Shown: in pieces, positions 53,015 to 63,414 of the stretch
Layout: each line of letters opens with the position of its first letter
Numbering within the stretch: the first letter of the stretch is position 1
Assembly (NCBI GenBank): GCA_963776275.1
Contig: CAVZMI010000017.1
Location: 1-64,000 of the forward strand
Direction of reading: 5' to 3'
Source: Ignavibacteriota bacterium
GTDB taxonomy: Bacteria > Bacteroidota > Ignavibacteria > UBA10030 > CAVZMI01
Length of the DNA stretch: 64,000 bases
The notes under the pieces: generated by a model
The model's database searches: none
What the model saw: the letters and a program-made list of their open reading frames with translations, nothing else
Told to the model about the DNA's origin: nothing
Program-made: the position numbers and the translations under genes

Positions 53015-55466
53015 ATGAAATCATCACGGATTATTCTTTTTTTTGTGATCGTTATTCTTGTCTGCGGTGTGATCATCTCAATGCTCGCACCCAAAGTGCA
53101 TAAAACCGCCGGCATTTCCATTGCCGTCGGTCCCGACTCGGTGAAGGCAATTGCACAACAGTTCGCCCATGAGCAGGGATTCGACCTGAAAGGCTTTTTT
53201 GTCTCCGCAGAACTTCAATATTCTTCATCACTCATCAAACAGGTTCAGGAGACCTTTGGTCTCGAGAAGGGGAATTCACTGCTTCGTGATTCAATCCCCG
53301 GGTATTACTGGGTGCTCTCGTGGCATAAAATCGGCGAGGAAATGATATCCATTTCACGGAACCAGACGGAACGCGCAATGCTTGGCGGCATCGATATGCA
53401 TATGAATACATATGGAAGGTTATTGGAGTACAAACGGTCTCTTGAAGACACCGTTCGTCTTCCACTGATTCCACCCTCTGAAGCCCGAATTCTTGCCGAA
53501 CGATTCATCAGTACACATAGCTATTATCGTTTTGCGGCCAGTGAGAAGATCGATACGAGTGCTCTAAACACGCAACACGACATTCGTGGCCCACAGATAC
53601 TTCAATTTGAATCGGAAGAAACAATTCAGCGACCCACCCGGACTGATTACCGCTTTCGGTGGGTATCATGGGAACCATCGCTGGGTGACAGTATTCTTGT
53701 CTCGTTACAAGTCGCGGGGAATACCGTCACACAGTATTCGACGGAATATGTCGTTCCGCAAAAATATGAACGACAGGAGATGGAACTCATCACCACTCTG
53801 CTGCCGATACTTTTTTTTACCGTTATTATTATCATAATGATCGTTGTCGCAATCAAACGTCTTCGATCATACGAAATAGGTTTCAAAATTGCGCTGGTTG
53901 TCGGCATCATCGCAGCTCTCTTCTCTGTGCTGGATCTCTTCTCATCGCTTAGCGGAACAGGATGGGGATTAATCTTTGCATTGATTTTCACTCCCCTGTT
54001 CGTCGGCGGAGCTCTGATTCTCGCCTGGGCAATCAGCGAGTCGATGGGAAGGGAACAGTGGAGAGAAAAATTCATTTCGATCGATCTCCTCACAAAAGGG
54101 TATCTGCTGGAATCGAATATTGGAAAAAGCATCCTGGCGGGGATAGCAGGTGGGGCAGGTCTCTTTGCACTCTGGCTCACGCTGACATGGGTCGCTCAAC
54201 ATGTGAGTCCTCTCTGGTATTCATTGGAGGAGAAGAGTCATATCAGATTTTTAGGTGTTTCAAGTCCGTCCCTGCAGATTCTCGGCCACAATTTATACAA
54301 CAGTTTCTATATTCTCAGTACGGCTATCATTTTTCCGCTTTCACTTGTTCGAAAGCGATATCCAATGAAGTGGATTCTCTACACCGGCGGGGCACTCTTT
54401 TCTGCGTGCATCGATCATGGTCAACTTTTTCCACTTTCCGCCGGGATGGTCATCTCGGCGTTGCAGGGGATATTTCTTGTTTGGATATGGCTGGAATTCG
54501 ACGTTCTCGCACTCCTGACTGTTCTCTTCAGTTCAGCGGTTATCGAGAACGGGGTTACGCTCATCATGGCAGGGAACTCCGGAATCATGTATTCCGTGTA
54601 TACGCTGGTTCTCTTTTTCGGAATCCTATCTCTCTGGGCTGTTGTGACGCTACTTACGAAAAACAGGGTGACAGATTATGATTCGATCATACCGGCCTTT
54701 GCGCGGCATATTACAGAGCGACAACGTCTCCAGCGTGAATTGGAAATTGCACGTGAAGTCCAGAATGGGATTCCTCCCGAAAAATAATCCCGATGTTCCG
54801 GGATTGCAGATTGCATCACGATGCCTTCCGGCTCTCGAAGTCGGCGGCGATTATTATGATTTTATCGAAATGGGAAAACAATATCTCGGTGTCGCCATAG
54901 GTGATGTCTCAGGGAAAGGTACACAGGCCGCATTCTATATGACACTGACAAAAGGTTTTCTTCGGGCACTCTCACGGATATCGAGGTCCCCTTCCGAGAT
55001 ACTCTCGCAGATGAATAAACTGTTTTATGAGAATGTAGAACGCGGAAATTTTATCAGCATGGTGTACGGGATTTTTGACATGGAATCATACACTCTTCGA
55101 TTAGCCAGAGCCGGACATAACCCCGTGATGATACGAAAGTCGGGTGCCCGGGAAACTGAAATCCTCCAGCCTGCCGGACTGGCTCTCGGTCTTGACTATG
55201 GAGAGCAATTCGATAAGACGATCAAAGAAGTCGACATTCATCTTTCATCTGGTGATCTTGTTGTTTTCTACACGGATGGATTCCCTGAGGCAATGAACAA
55301 AGCACAAGAAGAATATGGTGATGGCCGACTCCGTACGACGATCGAAAAATACAGCGATTTGACTCCGCAGGAAATTCTTGAAAATATATTTCGTGAATTG
55401 AAAGAATTCTCGGGAAGGGCGCAACAGAATGATGATATGACAGTCGTTGTAATTAAGATAGTCTGA
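53015..55466 (+). CDS. Polytopic membrane sensor with C-terminal PP2C/SpoIIE (RsbU-like) phosphatase, indel near 54765
   Basis: ELEIAREVQ, VGGDYYDF, GDVSGKG, AGHNP, YTDG..EA, DDMT; about 11-12 hydrophobic helices plus an extracytoplasmic domain. Confidence 0.92.
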
Positions 55467-55608
55467 GATCATCCCTTCATGTTTTCTCATTCACACTCCT
55501 TTCAAATTGGTGAAAGAATTCGTACATTACACACAATTCAGCCTGACGCTGTTTTATCTTCGTTACTAAATTTACCGCAGAGATAATTTTTTTAAAAGGG
55601 AGTATAGA

Positions 55609-57621
55609 ATGAAATTCCATTTCAAATACATTATCATCACGGCGTTGTTATTATCGGTATTCTTATCCATAACGGCATTCAGCCAGGAAGACGCTACAAT
55701 GCTTCGTGCCGTACTCCGGAATTCCGAACCACAAAAACGAATCGATGCGCTCAATGAATTTCTGCGCGTATATCCCAATAGTACTCTGACTCCCCGCGCG
55801 TTGTACGGACTCTTCACAGCATACATGGAAACAGGTAAAAGCGACTCAGCCCTTCTTGTTGCTCCACGCTGTGTTGCATCGTTCCCCGATGCCGCACGCG
55901 GTCAGATGAAGATGATGGTCGCAGAGGTTCTCGTTGAAAAAAGTGTCGGACTCGATACAGCCGAAGCGTATACGTTGGCAGCAGAACGGTGGGCGCGGGA
56001 AAGAAAACGGCCGGAGTTGAGTACAATCCTTCACATTGAAGCAAATATTCTATCCCAAAGGGGGAATATTCTCAAAGCGGAAGAACTCGAGCAAGAAGCG
56101 CTTCAGAATGAACCGACAAATCCCGATTTTCTTTTAAAACTAGGTATCTATCAAGAACGTAATGAAAAAAAAGATCAGGCATTACGGAATCTATGCCGGT
56201 CGATCCTTTTTGGAAATTCGAGCGAAGCACTTCAGAAATTCAACTCATTACTTGCCCGTGAAAAAAGCGAATCCGATGCACAGCAGCTGAAAGAAATAAT
56301 TGTGAATGAGATTGTACGGTCCTATGTCGATACGACAAAGCCGGAAAGGATTATTGAAGCGCGGAGCATCGCAGCCGCATTGATGGCACGTACCGAAGTA
56401 AATTTGAAAAAAGCACGAGAGTGGGCAACAAGTGCGGCAAAATCTCCTGAAAAGGGGGAATCAATTGAGGAGCTTGTGAACTATCAAAAGAATCTTGCTC
56501 TCGTCGCACTGGCAGAGAAGAAATATACCGAAGCAGTCGCCATTCTCAGAACGATTTCCGATCTTGTCGATCCATGGAATGATGAGTTATGGTATACGAT
56601 CGGTCAGGCGTACGAAAAAATAGGTAAAAATGAGATGGCGAAAAATGCTTATATGAGTGCGTTAGTCGGATCGAAGGTTCCACAACTCGTCAATGCGTAC
56701 TCAGGTCTTGTGAGTGAAGGAGAGCGTGCACCGGCACAGATTGACAGCGCGATAGAAATGAAGAGACAATCGCTTCTGGATTACCATCCTGGAAACGCTG
56801 CCGTCCAAAAATCAAAAACTGGGAAGATTGTTCTCGTAGAACTCTTCACGGGTTCCGAATGCGGTCCGTGTCAGGCCGCCGATAAAGCGCTCGATTATCT
56901 GTCTGAGTACTATCCCCGAACTACACTGGTACTGCTTGAAAACCATCTCCACATACCCCAACCGGATCCGATGACAAATCCGGATTCATGGGAACGCTAT
57001 ACGCTGTATGGAGGTAATTTTGGAACTCCGACCGTCGTTATCGATGGAACCCAAAAGATAGTCGGTGGAGGTCCGCTGTATCTCGGCCAGAATCGTTTTA
57101 ACGTGTATCAACATTTCATTCGACGCTCTTTGGGGAAGACCCCGCCTGTAATGATCGAAGGGACTGCCCAGCTAACAGGGGGGAAGATCGCCGTGGAGAT
57201 TCAGCTACATCCAACAAAGAAAAATCAAAAGAACGATCGTTCGATAAGACTTCACATAGCACTTATCGAGAAGTCCATCGATTACACCGGAGGAAATGGC
57301 ATAACAAAACATTCCTATGTTGTCAGAAAGACGCTCGACGGAGTTCAGGGAATTTCGCTGAAATTAAGCAACGATGGAGAAAAAATAACAAAAGTAATAG
57401 AGCTTTCGCAGGTCGAGCGAGAATTACAGAATTATCTCGACAATGTTACAAAACATCCATCATGGCGTCCTTCGTTTACAAATTTCCCTGGCTGGAAAAC
57501 GCGCCCTGACAGGATCAATCCGTCCAATATAGCAATTGTTGCATGGATCCAGGATCCGGAAAGCAAGGAAGTCCTTCAATCATTTTATTGTGATGTCATT
57601 CAGGGTACAAACACGAAGTGA
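55609..57621 (+). CDS. Secreted TPR protein with C-terminal thioredoxin-like (CxxC) domain
   Basis: Signal peptide, TPR-like helices, VELFTGSECGPC, HLH...DPM, GTPT. Confidence 0.8.
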   Translation: MKFHFKYIIITALLLSVFLSITAFSQEDATMLRAVLRNSEPQKRIDALNEFLRVYPNSTLTPRALYGLFTAYMETGKSDSALLVAPRCVASFPDAARGQMKMMVAEVLVEKSVGLDTAEAYTLAAERWARERKRPELSTILHIEANILSQRGNILKAEELEQEALQNEPTNPDFLLKLGIYQERNEKKDQALRNLCRSILFGNSSEALQKFNSLLAREKSESDAQQLKEIIVNEIVRSYVDTTKPERIIEARSIAAALMARTEVNLKKAREWATSAAKSPEKGESIEELVNYQKNLALVALAEKKYTEAVAILRTISDLVDPWNDELWYTIGQAYEKIGKNEMAKNAYMSALVGSKVPQLVNAYSGLVSEGERAPAQIDSAIEMKRQSLLDYHPGNAAVQKSKTGKIVLVELFTGSECGPCQAADKALDYLSEYYPRTTLVLLENHLHIPQPDPMTNPDSWERYTLYGGNFGTPTVVIDGTQKIVGGGPLYLGQNRFNVYQHFIRRSLGKTPPVMIEGTAQLTGGKIAVEIQLHPTKKNQKNDRSIRLHIALIEKSIDYTGGNGITKHSYVVRKTLDGVQGISLKLSNDGEKITKVIELSQVERELQNYLDNVTKHPSWRPSFTNFPGWKTRPDRINPSNIAIVAWIQDPESKEVLQSFYCDVIQGTNTK

Positions 57622-58526
57622 TGAGCGCGGCATCGATTCCTTATATTGGTGAATTCAGCGCCTTATTCACGGCTTTTCTGTGGGCAGGGAGCTCCCTTCT
57701 TTTTGCTTCCGCTGCTGTTCGTGTTGGCTCTGTGGCAGTGAATGTTACACGTCTGTTTTTCGCTGCGATACTATTATTCCTGACAATAGTGATAGCCGGT
57801 ATCGAGATTTCCATATCGAGATCACAGATGTTCAACCTTATTGTCAGTGGTGTGATCGGATTGGCCTTTGGCGATACATTTCTTTTCAAGGCATATCAAC
57901 ACATCGGTGCGCGGCTGAGCATGCTTCTCATGGCACTTGCTCCAGCCATTGCTACGATCTGTGCGTTTCTCTTTCTCGGTGAACGTATTTCTTTTCTTGG
58001 ATTTCTTGGCATCGGGATTACCATTGCCGGAATTGCCACGGTTATTCTTGAGCGTCCCGATGAATCGAAGGCACGGCATCGAATGACATTTAGGGGTTTT
58101 CTCTTTGGAATTTGCGGAGCATGTGGACAGGCGGGTGGACTCCTCTTTGCAAAGGAAGCATTTTCGGAAGGTATGATCAACGGCTTTGTTGCGGCCTTCA
58201 TCCGGATCCTGATTTCAGTCATGATACTCATTCCATTTGCAATCCTCACCCGACACCTGAAACACCCGGTGAAACTTTTTACACGCGAGCCAAAAGCACT
58301 TCAATTGATCAGTTTGGGGACGCTTCTCGGACCGTACTTCGGTATTACCCTCAGCCTCTTTGCCATTGCTCATGCCGAAGTAGGCATTGCCGCCACACTG
58401 ATGGCGACAACACCGATCATTATGTTGCCCATGAGCTGGATTCTTCAGAAGGAAATCTTATCCTGGAAAGCCGTTCTGGGTGCGTCCGTAGCAGTTGGTG
58501 GTGTGGCGCTTCTTTTTCTTCATTGA
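57618..58526 (+). CDS. DMT/EamA family transporter
   Basis: About 10 TMs, SG.IG...GD.FLF, LGP..G. Confidence 0.92.
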   Translation: MMSAASIPYIGEFSALFTAFLWAGSSLLFASAAVRVGSVAVNVTRLFFAAILLFLTIVIAGIEISISRSQMFNLIVSGVIGLAFGDTFLFKAYQHIGARLSMLLMALAPAIATICAFLFLGERISFLGFLGIGITIAGIATVILERPDESKARHRMTFRGFLFGICGACGQAGGLLFAKEAFSEGMINGFVAAFIRILISVMILIPFAILTRHLKHPVKLFTREPKALQLISLGTLLGPYFGITLSLFAIAHAEVGIAATLMATTPIIMLPMSWILQKEILSWKAVLGASVAVGGVALLFLH

Positions 58527-58620
58527 TTCTCTGTATTCCACTTGCACAAGTGAGTCGGTTTTTCTACCTTCATAATAGGCTCGTGAGAGGGAATATCGAG
58601 AATCTTTCCCTGGAGATTGT

Positions 58621-59697
58621 ATGAACCATCTGCGTTGGTGTCTATTCATCGGACTCATCGAGATATCGCTGATCCTTTCATCGTGTACTTCCCATATTTA
58701 TCACGTCGCGTATCCAACTTTATCTGATGGAAAATACGATTCGGAATTTCCATACAAGAGTTGTTCGGATCAACTTGAAAAAATCGGGGAAACGATCAGA
58801 CTGTTAAATTGTATTGCCAGTTATAAGAGCTATATTTTCCCTCAGGGTTCAGCGCTACGGAAGAGCGACATGACAATCGACATGATTGAGAAAAAAGCCG
58901 AACGAGTGCAATATATCAATAATACATCGTCAGGGACCGCCACAGTGATTTACTCACAGCCTTACAAAGTGGCCGTCATGACATGCGCACATATCGTCAT
59001 ATTTCCAGATACGCTGGTATCATATTTTTCTGATCACGAGGGAATACCGACTGAATACGTCCAATCAATTGCATTACGACAATCGCAATTAAATTACATC
59101 GCCGATCTGCCCGAGAGCAGCGAATTGGAAATCCTCGCTGTTGATAAAAGTAATGATATCGCCATCCTTGGAAAAACTTTCGAGAAACCTTCGGTAAGAA
59201 CCATCGCTGTATTCGATTATCCGGTCGGTTATGCGAAGGAATTGGAATGGGGAACGTTTGTCTATATGTTTGGATATCCTTTAACGAACAAAATGGTCAC
59301 CAAGGCAATTGTCAGTAGTCCCAATAAAGATACGCGCGGTTCATTTTTACTTGATGCAGTGTTTAATCGCGGATTCAGTGGAGGTCTAATTCTTGCAATA
59401 CGTGATGGAGTTCCAAATTTCGAGCTTGTAGGAATAGTCAGCTCTGTGCCGGCGGATTATGAAAATGTACTTACTCCGCCGCCGGTAAATTCAAACGTCG
59501 AATATGACGCGACCGTTCCCTATCAGGGCGAAATATATGTCAATCGAAAAATAAATATCAAATACGGTGTGACACGAGCCATCTCGGTTGAGACGCTCAA
59601 AGATTTTGTGGAAAAAAACAAATCGATTTTTGAGTCGAAAGGATATTATATCACTTCATTTTTCGAGCAACAACGTGCCCGACCAGATCAGCCATGA
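58621..59697 (+). CDS. Trypsin-like serine protease lipoprotein
   Basis: Lipobox LSSC; TCAH, DIAIL, GFSGG triad motifs. Confidence 0.8.
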   Translation: MNHLRWCLFIGLIEISLILSSCTSHIYHVAYPTLSDGKYDSEFPYKSCSDQLEKIGETIRLLNCIASYKSYIFPQGSALRKSDMTIDMIEKKAERVQYINNTSSGTATVIYSQPYKVAVMTCAHIVIFPDTLVSYFSDHEGIPTEYVQSIALRQSQLNYIADLPESSELEILAVDKSNDIAILGKTFEKPSVRTIAVFDYPVGYAKELEWGTFVYMFGYPLTNKMVTKAIVSSPNKDTRGSFLLDAVFNRGFSGGLILAIRDGVPNFELVGIVSSVPADYENVLTPPPVNSNVEYDATVPYQGEIYVNRKINIKYGVTRAISVETLKDFVEKNKSIFESKGYYITSFFEQQRARPDQP

Positions 59698-59844
59698 TAG
59701 ACGGTTCGGTTGAAGGAGGGTGTTGTTCGAGAAAACAGAACGATGGACAATACACAAGGCACGATCGTATTTCGATTGATTCCTACAGGATTTTTCTTAT
59801 ATTCTTACTTAATTCAATTTTAGTGCTGACATAATCCTTTCTTC

Positions 59845-61542
59845 ATGAGACTCAATCGGCTATTTATCCCCACGTTAAAAGAAATCCCATCGGATGCAAC
59901 GATCCCCAGCCACCAGTTAATGCTTCGGGCAGGACTCATGCGGCCTCTGGCGGCGGGAGTATATAGTTTTCTCCCCCTCGGGTATCGGGTAATGAAAAAA
60001 GTCATGCAGATCATCCGTGAAGAAATGGATGCCATCGGCGGACAGGAATTCCATCTGCCCGCACTCAACCCGATCGAATTATGGGAAGAAACCGGACGGG
60101 TACAGGCATTCGGCGATATCATGTTTCATATCAAGAATAGACCTCTCGTACTTGCACCGACCCACGAAGAGGTGATCTGCTCGATTGCGAAGAACCACAT
60201 CAGTTCGTATCGTGATCTCCCACAAATCTGGTATCAGATTCAAACAAAATTTCGAAACGAACCGCGTCCGCGCTCTGGTGTGATTCGCGGACGTCAGTTT
60301 ATAATGAAAGACTCCTACACACTCGACGCCACATGGGAAGGATTGGACCATGGATACGATCTCCACTCCGAAGCATACAAAAAGATTTATACGCGGTCGG
60401 GACTGAAATTCTTCATCGTCGGCGCCTCCAGTGGTGCGATGGGAGGAAGTGGTTCACAGGAATTTATGGTTGAGTCGGATTATGGAGAGGATACGGTCGC
60501 GCTCTGCGACTCATGCGGATATGCGGCAAATCTGGAAATCGCGGCATCAAATGTCGCAGGTGCCGTCAGAACCGTAACGAAGGATATACCGGAGGAAATC
60601 CACACGCCAAATATCAAAACAATTGACGAGCTTGCGGATTTTTTAAAGATCACAACTGCGCTGTGTGCGAAATCCTTGGTGTATATACATAACTCTCGGC
60701 CGGTGTTGATTTTCATGATGGGAAATGATCAGCTCAACGAAGCGAAACTCGGAGCTGTGCTGACGGGAGAATTCAGACAGGCACGACCCGAAGAATTGTC
60801 CGAGTTCACTGGAGCGGATGCCGGATCAATCGGACCGATTAATCTCCGGTCCCCCATGCGCGTCATTGCCGACAATAGATTGAAGAACGCAAATGGGATG
60901 ATCAGCGGGGCAAACAAAAATGATTACCACATGATAAATATCGATTTTAACCGTGATGTTAACGTCGATGCTTATTATGACCTCAGAGTCGTCGAAGATA
61001 AAGAGCCCTGCCCATCATGCAATAGACCGCTTCGTATTGTAAAAGCGATTGAGATTGGGCATATTTTTAAGCTCGGTACGAAATATTCAGATAGTCTGCA
61101 TGCGGTGTTTCTTGATGAAAACGGCAAGGAACAACCGATAATTATGGGAAGTTATGGAATCGGAGTCGAGAGAATCGTCGCTTGCCATATCGAACAGAAT
61201 CACGACGAGAACGGCATCATGTGGGATAAGGACATTGCACCGTTCCACGTTCATCTTATTGCCGTGAATCCGACCAATGTACCACTGAAGAAAACAGCTG
61301 ATTCTCTTCACGATACGTTCGAGTCCCTCGGAATCGAGGTATTGTATGATGACCGGGAAGATGCTTCACCGGGATTCAAATTTAAAGATGCCGATCTTCT
61401 GGGGATGCCGTTACAGGTCATTGTCGGTGAACGCAATTTTAAAAATGGACAGATCGAGCTTAAAGAACGCAGGACAAATCAGAGAACATTAGTCGCAGTC
61501 GACAAGGTCGTTGAAGAAGTGCGGGCATTTCTTCGCGCTTAG
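59845..61542 (+). CDS. proS: Proline--tRNA ligase (with INS editing domain)
   Basis: LAPTHEE, KFRNEPRPR, GHIFKLG.KYS, MGSYGIG. Confidence 0.98.
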   Translation: MRLNRLFIPTLKEIPSDATIPSHQLMLRAGLMRPLAAGVYSFLPLGYRVMKKVMQIIREEMDAIGGQEFHLPALNPIELWEETGRVQAFGDIMFHIKNRPLVLAPTHEEVICSIAKNHISSYRDLPQIWYQIQTKFRNEPRPRSGVIRGRQFIMKDSYTLDATWEGLDHGYDLHSEAYKKIYTRSGLKFFIVGASSGAMGGSGSQEFMVESDYGEDTVALCDSCGYAANLEIAASNVAGAVRTVTKDIPEEIHTPNIKTIDELADFLKITTALCAKSLVYIHNSRPVLIFMMGNDQLNEAKLGAVLTGEFRQARPEELSEFTGADAGSIGPINLRSPMRVIADNRLKNANGMISGANKNDYHMINIDFNRDVNVDAYYDLRVVEDKEPCPSCNRPLRIVKAIEIGHIFKLGTKYSDSLHAVFLDENGKEQPIIMGSYGIGVERIVACHIEQNHDENGIMWDKDIAPFHVHLIAVNPTNVPLKKTADSLHDTFESLGIEVLYDDREDASPGFKFKDADLLGMPLQVIVGERNFKNGQIELKERRTNQRTLVAVDKVVEEVRAFLRA

Positions 61543-61553
61543 AAGGATAGAGA

Positions 61554-62987
61554 ATGTACGGCGAATGGAAGTTCTTCGTCAATGGCGGATGGCGGACGTC
61601 ATCACACCGTCGTCCTGCGATCAATCCCTACACTCGAAAAACTATCGGTACTGTTGCACAGGCATCGGGGAGCGATATCCTTGATGCGATTGCTGCAGCA
61701 CATGCAGCGTTCGGTGTAATGAAAAAGCTCCAGGCGTATGAAAGAAGTGCAATACTGCTCGGAATCGCAGACACCCTGAAACGCCGCAAAGAGGAACTCG
61801 CACGATTAATGACGGATGAATCGGGAAAGCCGATTCAATTCTCTCGTGCAGAAATTGATCGCTCGATCTTTACCTTCTTGACGGCCTCCGAAGAAGCAAA
61901 ACGGATTTCTGGCGAGGCATTACCGCTCGATCTTGCTCATCACTCCAGACAACGGCTCGGCATACTCCGACGCTTTCCGATTGGTGTAATAGGTGCGATT
62001 ACACCATTCAATTTTCCAATAAATCTTGTCGCACATAAGGTTGCACCCTGTATCGCCGCAGGCAATACAATGATATTGAAGCCTGCATCGAGTACAGCAG
62101 CGATCGCTTCGACATTCACAGAAATTATTGCGGAAACATCGCTCCCAACAGGTGCGTTCAACCTTGTCACATGTACCGGCGCCGAAGCGGAGATTCTTGC
62201 AACCGATCCGCGCATTGCAATGCTGACCTTTACCGGAAGTCCTGAAGTCGGATGGCGATTGAAAGAAAAGGCCTGGAAGAAAAAAGTGACGCTCGAGCTT
62301 GGAGGAAACGCCGGCATCATTATCGATGAAGGAATTGCTATCGATCCGATCATCCAGCGCATCGCACAGGGATCATATGGAAATGCGGGACAATCATGTA
62401 TTGCCATCCAGAGAATTTTTGTTCATAGGAGCCTTTTTGACGAATTTCGCGAGAAGTTTATTGCGACAACGCGTACAATTGTCGTCGGCGATCCCACCGA
62501 TGAATCGACAGTCGTAGGTCCGATGATTAATGAAGCAGCTGCGGTCAAGACTGAAGAATGGATCAACGAAGCTGTAAAACTGGGGGCGAAAGTCCTTGTC
62601 GGAGGAACAAGACAAGGCGCCGTGTTTGCACCGACTGTTCTCACAGAAACTACAACTATGATGAACGTTGAGTACCGCGAAGTATTCGCACCTGTTGTCA
62701 CGCTGACTCCGGTAGAGTCGTTCGATGAAGCACTCCTGCGTGTGAATGATTCAAAGTACGGCCTCCAGGCCGGTGTTTTTACAAATAATCTTCAGCACGC
62801 GTTTACTGCGTACGAGACACTGGCCGTCGGTGGCGTGATAATCAACGACTATCCGACCTACCGTATAGATCATATGCCGTATGGTGGAGTAAAAGAATCA
62901 GGGATGGGACGGGAAGGTCTTCGTTACGCTATCGAAGAAATGACCGAACTTAAATTGATGGTTCTTAATTTTTCTAAATTGTTTTGA
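61554..62987 (+). CDS. Aldehyde dehydrogenase family protein
   Basis: PFNFP, FTGS, LELGGN, GQSC, EVFAP, PYGGVKESG. Confidence 0.97.
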   Translation: MYGEWKFFVNGGWRTSSHRRPAINPYTRKTIGTVAQASGSDILDAIAAAHAAFGVMKKLQAYERSAILLGIADTLKRRKEELARLMTDESGKPIQFSRAEIDRSIFTFLTASEEAKRISGEALPLDLAHHSRQRLGILRRFPIGVIGAITPFNFPINLVAHKVAPCIAAGNTMILKPASSTAAIASTFTEIIAETSLPTGAFNLVTCTGAEAEILATDPRIAMLTFTGSPEVGWRLKEKAWKKKVTLELGGNAGIIIDEGIAIDPIIQRIAQGSYGNAGQSCIAIQRIFVHRSLFDEFREKFIATTRTIVVGDPTDESTVVGPMINEAAAVKTEEWINEAVKLGAKVLVGGTRQGAVFAPTVLTETTTMMNVEYREVFAPVVTLTPVESFDEALLRVNDSKYGLQAGVFTNNLQHAFTAYETLAVGGVIINDYPTYRIDHMPYGGVKESGMGREGLRYAIEEMTELKLMVLNFSKLF

Positions 62988-63103
62988 TTAATTTAAAGAT
63001 CCGACGTTTTCCTACGAATGAGGTTTTTTTATCTTTAGAAAAGATTAGTTATTTAATATTCGGTTCCTCAACATTTAAGAAAGCCAAATGTTGAGTAGAG
63101 AGG

Positions 63104-63322
63104 GGTTACCTCGATACTCGTCCTGAGCCCCTCGGTGAACTCGGGGCTAGCTTGTCGAAGGACGCCCACCCCGTTTCACGGGGTAGGACTACACCTCGAC
63201 CGTTCGATAAACTCACGGCGAGCAAGCTCAGTGCGGCGCTCGGTAAACCGGCTGTACACCAAATTGTGAAACTGCCAGGGTGTCGAGTAGCCCTCGTTCT
63301 TTGAGGGCATATCGAGACAACC
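63104..63322. repeat. Cluster of nested REP-like palindromic units (core YTCG-N5-CTCR)
   Basis: Six related imperfect palindromes, four of them inserted inside others. Confidence 0.8.
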
Positions 63323-63414
63323 ATACAGTGTCTGAAGTAACTCCAAGAATCAAAGTATAATATTCTATGAGTCCTTCAGCATATACAAATTGGGTTTGAG
63401 GCGAAAGGATTATC

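Noticed and set aside
52794-53015. Integrative element at tRNA-Arg
   Set aside because: There is no integrase, and I saw no duplicated tRNA 3' end downstream.
18406-62701. Numerous antisense or alternate-frame ORFs in the track (e.g. 28510-29163, 53962-54681)
   Set aside because: They are shadows of well-supported genes and show no family motifs.
63104-63322. CRISPR array, or coding ORFs 63106-63324 and 63228-63428
   Set aside because: The units are nested and non-identical with no regular spacers and no cas genes. The ORFs have no recognisable protein features.
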